A DNA stretch of 20,000 bases. Origin: an uncultured virus (IMG/VR IMGVR_UViG_3300030328_002163). Taxonomy: Duplodnaviria > Heunggongvirae > Uroviricota > Caudoviricetes > Crassvirales. Below, piece by piece: positions 1-7,500 of the stretch. The notes under the pieces are model-generated. The model worked only from the letters and a program-made list of their open reading frames with translations. It was not told the origin of the DNA and did not search any database. The DNA is taken from the IMG/VR virus record IMGVR_UViG_3300030328_002163; one strand, written 5' to 3'. How positions within the stretch are numbered: position 1 is the first letter of the stretch; each line of letters begins with the position of its first letter. The position numbers and the translations under genes are program-made.

Positions 1-1
1 C

Positions 2-868
2 TATAGCCCAGCTACAATCCTTAATGATGAGCAGATATCTGATTCTCCAGAAGGTGGAACAGGTAAAGGTTTGTTTATTAATGCTTTGTCTCATATGAAG
101 AAGGTAGTAGTAATAGATGGAAAATCATTTAATTTTGAAAAATCTTTTGCTTATCAGCTTGTTAGTGCTGATACCCAGATCCTATGTTTTGATGATGTAA
201 GTAAACATTTTAATTTTGAAAGATTATTTTCTGTTGTCACAGAAGGTTTAACCCTTGAGAAGAAAAACAAAGATGCAATAAAGATTCCATTTAGTAAATC
301 TCCTAAGGTAGCAATCACTACCAACTATGCTATAAGAGGTAAGGGCTCATCTTTCGAGAGGAGAAAATGGGAGTTAGAATTAGCACAATTTTATACTAGG
401 GAATATACTCCTCTTAAAGAGTTCGGTAAGTTAATGTTTGGAGAGTGGAATGATGATGAATGGTGTTCCTTTGACAATTTTATGATTGAGTGCTTACAGC
501 TTTATTTAAGGTCTGGATTAGTTAAGAGTGAATTTGTTAACTTGAAGATCAGAAGACTCTCGGCTGAGACATGCCATGAGTTTATAGAATGGTGTGGAAT
601 ATTAGATGACATGCCACCAAATAAAATGTTAGCAACTAATACAAAAATATTTAAACAAGACTTGTACTTTGATTTTATTGAAGACAACCCTGACTTTGCT
701 CCTAAGTCTAAAATGACAGTATCTAGGACTAGGTTTTATAAATGGCTTACAGCTTATAATCAATTTAAATATAAGTGTGATCCTGAAGAAGGAAGAGATT
801 CTGGAGGAAGATGGATTGTGTTTAGAAATGTACAAGATTTAGAAGAAAATGGTAAAATAGATTTTTAG
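2..868 (+). CDS. Phage primase-helicase, SF3 (D5/P4-like) helicase C-terminal part; 5'-truncated by the window
   Basis: The frame is open from base 2 (YSPATILNDEQISDSPEGGTGKGLFINAL...), so the track's start at 71 is artificial. Walker A is EGGTGKG, Walker B is ILCFDDV and motif C is ITTNY, followed by SSFERR. Stop is TAG at 866-868. Confidence 0.85.
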   Translation, partial: YSPATILNDEQISDSPEGGTGKGLFINALSHMKKVVVIDGKSFNFEKSFAYQLVSADTQILCFDDVSKHFNFERLFSVVTEGLTLEKKNKDAIKIPFSKSPKVAITTNYAIRGKGSSFERRKWELELAQFYTREYTPLKEFGKLMFGEWNDDEWCSFDNFMIECLQLYLRSGLVKSEFVNLKIRRLSAETCHEFIEWCGILDDMPPNKMLATNTKIFKQDLYFDFIEDNPDFAPKSKMTVSRTRFYKWLTAYNQFKYKCDPEEGRDSGGRWIVFRNVQDLEENGKIDF

Positions 869-888
869 GGGTATCTAGGTATCACCGA

Positions 889-907
889 CTAAGAGATAGT
901 CTCTTAG
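889..907. repeat. Perfect 8-bp inverted repeat CTAAGAGA-TAG-TCTCTTAG (hairpin or operator) between the primase-helicase and MTase genes
   Basis: Seen directly. There is no following U-tract on either strand, so it is not a canonical intrinsic terminator. Confidence 0.55.
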
Positions 908-939
908 AACTCATCTATGAAAGCCGAAATTTAGAAAAT

Positions 940-2139
940 ATGAAGAAAATCACTGTTTTAGACCTTTTTTCAGGAATTGGGGGATTTCACCTCGGTTTTG
1001 AAAAAGCGGGATATGACGTTAAAACTTTCTTTTCTGAAGTCGATACTCATGCCATTGCAGTATATAAGTATAATTTTAAAAATAGTAAATATGTCGGATC
1101 AGTTACAGATGTTCGAGGAGAACAGTTACCAAAAATTGACGCTATCACCTTTGGAAGCCCTTGCCAAGACTTTAGTGTTGCTGGAAATCGTAAAGGGATG
1201 GGAGGAGATAGATCGAGCCTTATACTTGAAGCGATTAGACTCATCGATGAGTGCCGACCAGGAGTTTTTATCTGGGAAAATGTTAAAGGAACGTTCAGCT
1301 CAAACGATGGCGAAGACTTTGCGGCAATCCTCCAAGCCTTTACCAACATTGGGGGCTATAGACTTGAATGGCAATTGTGTAATACATCGTGGTTTCTACC
1401 CCAAAACAGAGAGAGAATCTACCTTGTCGGATATTCTACAGAACCCAAAGAAGATTGGAAAGGAGTTTTTCCTATCCAAAAAAATGACAAAGTTTCTCCT
1501 GGAGAGGGAGGGACCTTGGGGAAAGAATCTGGACATTCACGAACAATAACCGCTAGGTATTGGAAAATGGGATCTCATGATACCTATGTAAAGATGGCAG
1601 ATTATAGGAATGATGAGGGATTACGAGTAAGGGAAGATGATGAAAGCCCTTGTTTATCTGCACGAAGACACAGTGAAAAGGATGTAAGCACTATGCCACC
1701 ACTTGCAGTCTCTGGAGCATTAAGAACTTTTCCTAGGCAAAAACCTAAAGGTGAAGAGGATAATAGAAAAAAACAACTAGAAACTAGGAGTGATGATGTT
1801 TCTAATGCAGTTACCACCCACCCTTTTGATAGTGTCGTGGTCCCCACTCAATTAGGTAACTCAGAAAAATATGGTAATTCCGTTAAAGCTGAGGGGGATG
1901 ATGCTTTCACATTACGATCTTCAGAGCCCAATGGTATTATAGAAAACAAATCAATACGAAGACTTACACCTATAGAGTGTGAAAGGCTCCAAGGGTTTCC
2001 TGATAATTGGACCCAATATGGAATCTATGATGGTGAGACAAAAGAGGTGAGTAACACTCAAAGGTATAAGATGTGTGGTAATGCAGTAACGGTAGATGTA
2101 GTTGAAGCTGTGGTTAATCAATGCAAAGATATAATATGA
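940..2139 (+). CDS. DNA (cytosine-5)-methyltransferase, orphan, with a long variable region
   Basis: Motif I DLFSGIGG, IV FGSPCQDFS (catalytic PC), VI WENVKG, VIII QNRERIY, IX RRLTPIECERLQGFP and X YKMCGNAV are all present and in order. Confidence 0.96.
   Translation: MKKITVLDLFSGIGGFHLGFEKAGYDVKTFFSEVDTHAIAVYKYNFKNSKYVGSVTDVRGEQLPKIDAITFGSPCQDFSVAGNRKGMGGDRSSLILEAIRLIDECRPGVFIWENVKGTFSSNDGEDFAAILQAFTNIGGYRLEWQLCNTSWFLPQNRERIYLVGYSTEPKEDWKGVFPIQKNDKVSPGEGGTLGKESGHSRTITARYWKMGSHDTYVKMADYRNDEGLRVREDDESPCLSARRHSEKDVSTMPPLAVSGALRTFPRQKPKGEEDNRKKQLETRSDDVSNAVTTHPFDSVVVPTQLGNSEKYGNSVKAEGDDAFTLRSSEPNGIIENKSIRRLTPIECERLQGFPDNWTQYGIYDGETKEVSNTQRYKMCGNAVTVDVVEAVVNQCKDII
1091..1549 (+). CDS. Putative alternative-frame (+1) polypeptide nested in the MTase gene, similar to the M.EcoHK31I beta subunit (~152 aa from ATG 1091; frame open from at least 977)
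   Basis: A 190-codon same-strand stop-free frame in AT-rich DNA. ATG 1091 has the same AAAT-ATG context as other starts. It ends with ESTLSDILQ...KEFFLSKKMTKFLL, resembling the LxDILE...KYYLS segment of C5 MTases that is absent from the main frame. CG dinucleotides are visibly enriched over the overlap. Confidence 0.65.
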   Translation: MSDQLQMFEENSYQKLTLSPLEALAKTLVLLEIVKGWEEIDRALYLKRLDSSMSADQEFLSGKMLKERSAQTMAKTLRQSSKPLPTLGAIDLNGNCVIHRGFYPKTERESTLSDILQNPKKIGKEFFLSKKMTKFLLEREGPWGKNLDIHEQ

Positions 2140-3368
2140 AGCTAAGAGACTATCAATCTGATATAGTTAAAAAAGGAATAACAGTTCTTCAAAAGCATAG
2201 ATTTTTGTATCTTGCTATGGAGGTTAGGACTGGGAAAACCTTGACAAGTTTGGCTATGAGTCTTGCTCTTCCTATTCGTAACCTCTTATTTATAACAAAG
2301 AAAAAAGCAATTTCTAGTATTCAGTCAGACTATGATATGCTTAACCCTCCTTATAATATTACTATAATAAATTATGAAAGTCTACATAAGGTGTCTCATG
2401 AGACACAGTGGGATATGATAGTCTGTGATGAAGCACATTCTATGGGGGCATTTCCTAAGCCAAGCCTTAGAGCAAAGACAGTAAAAGAGTTTGTGTTAAA
2501 GCACAATCCTTTTGTTATTCTTTTATCAGGAACTCCTACCCCTGAGTCTTACTCACAAATGTATCACCAGGTTTATGGGATCAGAACAAATCCTTTTAGA
2601 CCTTATGTTAACTTTTACAAGTTTGCTAAACAATATGTGAAGGTTACCCAAAAAAAGATTGGAGCCTTAAGTATTAATGACTACAGTAATGGATTGCCAA
2701 CCATCTTAGATATAATGAAACCTTATACCTTAGCTTATTCTCAGAAAGAAGCAGGTTTTAAAGTGAGCACTGATGAGAAAGTGTTATATGTTCCTGTCTC
2801 ACCATTAATAAAAAAATTAGTAAGAAAATTAACTACTGATAGGGTGGTAGAAGGAGATCAGAATGTAATATTAGCCGATACAGCAGTTAAGTTAATGTCA
2901 AAATTGCATCAACTTTATTCAGGCACGGTAAAATTTGAAAGCGGAGAGTCTATGGTAATTGATTTAAGTAAAGCGGAGTTTATTAGAAAAGAGTTTAAAA
3001 ATAAAAAGATAGCTATTTTTTATAAGTTTAAAGAAGAACTAAATGCTCTAAAGAAAGTATATAGAAAATCTTTATGCACAGAATTGGAAGAGTTTAATAG
3101 CACTAACAAATGTATTGCATTACAGATAGTATCAGGTAGAGAAGGTATCAGTTTAAAGAATGCACAAGCATTAGTATATTATAATATAGACTTTAGTGCC
3201 ACGAGTTATTGGCAATCTAGAGATCGAATGACTACTAAGAATAGATTATATAACAAGATATATTGGGTGTTTAGTGAGGGAGGAATAGAAAATGATATAT
3301 ATAAAAGTGTGATTAAAAAGAAAGATTACACCCTTAATCACTTCAAAAAGGATTTACTAAATTTGTAA
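2136..3368 (+). CDS. Superfamily 2 (SNF2/DEAH-like) phage helicase
   Basis: Q-motif LRDYQ, Walker A MEVRTGKT, DEAH, motif III SGTP, motif V SGREGISL and motif VI QSRDR. ATG 2136 overlaps the MTase stop (ATGA) and is preferred over 2121. Confidence 0.88.
   Translation: MKLRDYQSDIVKKGITVLQKHRFLYLAMEVRTGKTLTSLAMSLALPIRNLLFITKKKAISSIQSDYDMLNPPYNITIINYESLHKVSHETQWDMIVCDEAHSMGAFPKPSLRAKTVKEFVLKHNPFVILLSGTPTPESYSQMYHQVYGIRTNPFRPYVNFYKFAKQYVKVTQKKIGALSINDYSNGLPTILDIMKPYTLAYSQKEAGFKVSTDEKVLYVPVSPLIKKLVRKLTTDRVVEGDQNVILADTAVKLMSKLHQLYSGTVKFESGESMVIDLSKAEFIRKEFKNKKIAIFYKFKEELNALKKVYRKSLCTELEEFNSTNKCIALQIVSGREGISLKNAQALVYYNIDFSATSYWQSRDRMTTKNRLYNKIYWVFSEGGIENDIYKSVIKKKDYTLNHFKKDLLNL
3358..3365 (+). promoter_or_regulatory. 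Possible Bacteroidota -7 promoter box TAAATTTG, 4 nt upstream of ATG 3370
   Basis: Matches TAnnTTTG, but no TTTG -33 box at the expected spacing. Confidence 0.35.
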
Positions 3369-3369
3369 T

Positions 3370-3591
3370 ATGAGGTTTATTAAGTTTACTCTTATATGGA
3401 TAAGCCAAAACTTAGCAATACCTTTTTGGGTGGTGGGACACATACATCTTTCTATTCATTCTTTTCATGACTTAATAGAAATTTGTTCATCATTAGGAAT
3501 GAATATTATTGTAGCAATAGGTTTTTATTTAGATTATAAATATGACAGAACAACAAATACAAAGCAAAAGAATAAAAGAGTTAGAGGCTGA
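3370..3591 (+). CDS. Small putative membrane protein (two hydrophobic segments, basic C-tail)
   Basis: Starts 1 nt after the helicase stop. Hydrophobic stretches are FTLIWISQNLAIPFWVVG and ICSSLGMNIIVAIGFYL. Confidence 0.65.
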   Translation: MRFIKFTLIWISQNLAIPFWVVGHIHLSIHSFHDLIEICSSLGMNIIVAIGFYLDYKYDRTTNTKQKNKRVRG

Positions 3592-3781
3592 TGGATATTA
3601 TGTAATTAAGTTAATTAAAACTAATAAGAATGGGATTCCTGATCTCCTGGCAATACCACCAAATAGTGATGTTTTATTTTCAGAGGTTAAGACTCCTAAA
3701 GGAAGAGTGTCAGCTTTACAAAAATATAGATTAAAAGAATTAAAAGACTATGGATATAAAACCGAGGTATATAAAGGATAG
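3542..3781 (+). CDS. VRR-NUC domain nuclease (PD-(D/E)xK; probable Holliday junction/branch resolvase)
   Basis: N-terminal MTEQQIQ, GIPDLL, FSEVK and GRVSALQ follow the single-domain phage VRR-NUC pattern. It lies close to the SF2 helicase. Confidence 0.88.
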   Translation: MTEQQIQSKRIKELEADGYYVIKLIKTNKNGIPDLLAIPPNSDVLFSEVKTPKGRVSALQKYRLKELKDYGYKTEVYKG

Positions 3782-4073
3782 GGGGTATGATGTTGAAGAC
3801 AACTTTATAACTTCTTTAGAAGAAATAGATGAACAGATAGCTATAAAAATTGCTATGTATATTGAGCAAAACTTAACAGATATTTCTCCTAACAACTCTA
3901 CCACATATGTGTTGGGGGGTGTTGTTCATCATTTTAATGAACCGATTACTTTTGCAGTTGAGGTTATGAAAACTTATGGGATACAGATTACATTAACAGA
4001 TTTATCTCTCATAGACATGAATGAATATTTAGATTTAATTTGCTTAAATGCATATATAAAGCCAAGAAAATGA
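3750..4073 (+). CDS. Hypothetical protein (107 aa)
   Basis: Fills the gap in a tightly packed operon. Its stop overlaps the next ATG (ATGA at 4070-4073). Confidence 0.65.
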   Translation: MDIKPRYIKDRGYDVEDNFITSLEEIDEQIAIKIAMYIEQNLTDISPNNSTTYVLGGVVHHFNEPITFAVEVMKTYGIQITLTDLSLIDMNEYLDLICLNAYIKPRK

Positions 4074-4285
4074 ATTATATAATAGAAGATTTAGAATATT
4101 TTAAATCATATAAAAGAAATTTATATCAATTTCTTATTATTAATTGTTGTTATCCAGGGAATTATAATCATAATGGGGGGCGTATACCTATATCTGCAAA
4201 AGATATGTTAGGACTGCTTAAAGAGATCAGTAGCATAGAGATTCGTATCAATAGATTAGAAGAGGAAATTGATCCCACCGTTTGA
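4070..4285 (+). CDS. Hypothetical protein (71 aa, MNYIIEDLEY...)
   Basis: ATG 4070 is coupled to the upstream stop, so it is preferred over the track start at 4040. Confidence 0.55.
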   Translation: MNYIIEDLEYFKSYKRNLYQFLIINCCYPGNYNHNGGRIPISAKDMLGLLKEISSIEIRINRLEEEIDPTV

Positions 4286-4311
4286 ATCTTATCAAAAAAT
4301 TTTTATATTTG
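4281..4311 (+). promoter_or_regulatory. Bacteroidota primary-sigma promoter: -33 TTTG (4281-4284), 19-nt spacer, -7 TATATTTG (4304-4311)
   Basis: Exact match to the TTTG-N19-21-TAnnTTTG consensus, mostly in the intergenic gap and ending 20 nt upstream of ATG 4332. Confidence 0.7.
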
Positions 4312-4331
4312 ATGTAGATGGTCAAATATAA

Positions 4332-4523
4332 ATGAACGATATATCTCAAGACGATGTGAATGCTATCAAGCATATTAACTATGTGACAAATAATTCACAC
4401 GATCTTATTACCGAGTTATATGAGGATTTAATGGAGAGAGATCATCAACAAGCCAAAATAAAAGCCCAAGAAATTTGTAAAGTTATGGCTGAACTTATTC
4501 AGTCTTTGTCTGATGAAGTTTAG
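4332..4523 (+). CDS. Hypothetical acidic helical protein (63 aa)
   Basis: Has its own promoter and an A-rich start context. The TAG stop overlaps the convergent gene's TAA. Confidence 0.7.
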   Translation: MNDISQDDVNAIKHINYVTNNSHDLITELYEDLMERDHQQAKIKAQEICKVMAELIQSLSDEV

Positions 4524-7500
4524 TTCTTTTTCTCTCTTTTTTCTTGTTCCTTCAACATCTTAATTATTTGTCTATATGCTGCTGGGGCATATTTTCGTAG
4601 GTTTTCTAGCTCTTCTTTTGAATAAGATATTCTTCCACCACTTTTTTTCTGAGCCTTTCTCTTGTCTGCAAAGAAATCATTAACTATCATTCTTCTTATG
4701 TCTTTATAAAATGGAAGTAAATTTAAGTTACCTGCTAATTCAACTGCCATTCTTTCAGTCAGTTCTCTTTCATAAAAGTCCCTAGTCTTTTTATCTTTAG
4801 CAGTAGTTAACCCTACTAGTACCTTTCTTAGTCGTTCACTTGATTGAAGAGCTGGACCATAAGGGCCGGCAAATAATTTAATAGCATTTTCAAATGAAGT
4901 TTTATTTTTAATGTCTTCTGCACCTATAAGATTAAACACCACTGAATGTTCAAACTGATCGTACTCTTCACCTCCTCTTAAGTCTTCACCAAATTCTTCA
5001 TTAGCTAACTCTATTGCTAATGAAATAGGATAGTTAGGTATATTACCCAATCCTCTTCTAAACATTAATGTAGCAATAGTTCCAACCAATTGTCTACCTA
5101 ATAAGTCCTCTAGTACAATATCTTCTTCTTCATCCTCCATGTCGAAGGCTTCATCGAACAATCCTCTAAGAACTGTATATAATGCCATATAAGCTGTCAT
5201 CCTACCTGTTATACCTAAAAGCAAACCTCCCGCTTGTACTCTACTTAAATCTCCATTATTATACATAGCGGTTATAGCTTTCTTAGCTGTAATAAATTCA
5301 AACAAATTAAATCTAGCCATATATCCATTAGCTAGTTTATATGCCCTCATCATTCCACTATCTTCTTTCTGAGTTTGTAGTTTTAAAATAGAATTAAAAG
5401 GATTTACTGATGTTGCCATTCTTACTATAGCTGCATCTGCCGCTATTCTAGCATTCTTAATAGCTTCTTTATTATTTAAATATTCAGAGTTACCTTCTCC
5501 TATATTAATAAGATCTTGTTCTGTAAGTTTTACCCCTGTTTCTTTTTCGAATGCATTCACAAACTCTGCAAAATACAAAGGTCTTGATATAGCTTTATCA
5601 GGATTAGAGATAAGATTTGATCCCATAAAATCAGTAAGTGCAGTCGCACCTTTTAATATTGGTAAATTATCATATATAAAATTAATCTTCTCAAGTATAG
5701 GTGGTATAGCTCTATCTTTAACAGATTTACCTTTTTTAAATACTGCTGCATCTACCATTTTGCCAGTCAAAGCAGTAGGATCATATAGTTTTAATGTTTC
5801 TGAACTACCTATATTTCGCATAAACATAGCGCCTTGAGGATTCATGGAGTACTTTCCAAACTTAGTCATACCTTGTATAAGGGCTTTTGGACTGGAAAGC
5901 AACCCAAATAATAAGTTAGAACCTAATTCCGCACCAGCTCTAGGTACAGAAGCTAGTGCAGCAAAGTATCCTATTCTTCTCATGTTATCGAATATTCTTT
6001 CACCGAAAGTAGTTTCTATAAAATTTCCTTCGAATACTATTCTTATATTTTCTTCAAGAGCTTTCTTTAAAGCCTCTACCGATTCTTTTTGTATGTCTGT
6101 AGCATTTGGATCATTATCAATTTCTTTCTGTACTTTGTCAACTGTTTTTAAAACTTGTCTAATAGGTCTAGTCATTTGATAGTCCATAATAGTTTGTCTC
6201 ATACCTCTTGATGTAGATGATATTATGTCAAAGTTTATAGGCTTTCCGCCAGGTGTTCTTTGTGTTAATGTACCAGCTTTAGTTGAACCAGTAGGGTTCA
6301 TAAATTTTTGTTTTTGTTCTAGTGTAGCCTTTGACATGTCCTCTTTACTTTCATATACTACATCATGATGTACATAGTAATTATATAAATCAACTCGATT
6401 ACCTCTTACATTTGCAGCAGTATATAAAGCTTTAGCCGCTAGTGACTCATTTACTTTATCTATTAACTCTAAGGCTTTTATCTCATTTTTACTTAAGGCT
6501 TTGTTTAATTTTTCATTATCTATCTGCCCTTCTTTGTTTGAAAATTCTTTTTTTAATTTTTTTAATATTTTAATATCTTCTTGAGCAAATGTTTTGTTAG
6601 ACTTTTCTAACATTTCTATTGTTTTGTCTACATAATCTATAGCAGGTTCAACCCCCTTTTTATCAGGATTAGCATTATATTCTCTTTGTAATGCATAAAT
6701 CATTAATCTGTACTTAGACTCAACTATACTATTAGTACCCTTTACTAGTTGTATTTTAGAATTTGGCTTACTTAATAAAACCTCTGCTTCTTCTAATAAT
6801 TTATCTGCTATACCAATATCAGTTTCGGCTTTGGAATACTCTGAAGCTAATATTAATGCAGTGGCTTTAGCTATGTCAGAATTATTATAGTTTCCTAAGA
6901 CCTCATCAATATTGCCCATATTGGTTGCTCTTATTTCTTGAAAAGTTCCTGATCCACCTCTCAACACAGACTTAACTTTACCATAAAACTTAGATAAGAA
7001 ATTGGTTATGTTGGTGCCTTTTACTTTTCTTTTAATAATGTTTGTAAACTTATTTCTATTAGCTATAATGTCATCCATTAAAGACACTGCGCTTTGGTCT
7101 ATAAAACCATTGTTGATGTTGTTTAATATTTTCTTTAAATTAACTAAAGTTGAATAATCATTGCTACCATCTTTCTTTACTTTCACTAATTGTTTTAAAT
7201 CTTCTTTAGTTAATGTTTTATAAAACTCTGCATCTTCAAATGCTATTTGTCCTTTAAGTGGAGATGTGTCTAATTTAATATTAAGAATATCATCTATCTC
7301 ATTATCTAAATTAAAATCTAATTCTAACTGAGTTGATTCTTCTAAATTTGTTTCTTCTTTTACTATAACAGAGTTGATTATATCATCTGCTGTCTTAAGC
7401 ATTTTACCTGATTCATCTAAAGTTAATACCTTAGCTCTTTCACCTATGATGTTTAATAAATCCATATAAGCATCTAGCTTTTCTAATGGTATAATCTTAG

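Noticed and set aside
502..1847. Minus-strand ORFs 502-687, 629-835, 1047-1349 and 1602-1847
   Set aside because: Antisense shadows of well-supported genes, with no recognisable motifs.
940..3781. Restriction-modification system (MTase + helicase + nuclease)
   Set aside because: An SF2 helicase plus single-domain VRR-NUC is a routine phage replication/recombination pair. No type II/III REase features were seen, so the MTase is best read as an orphan.
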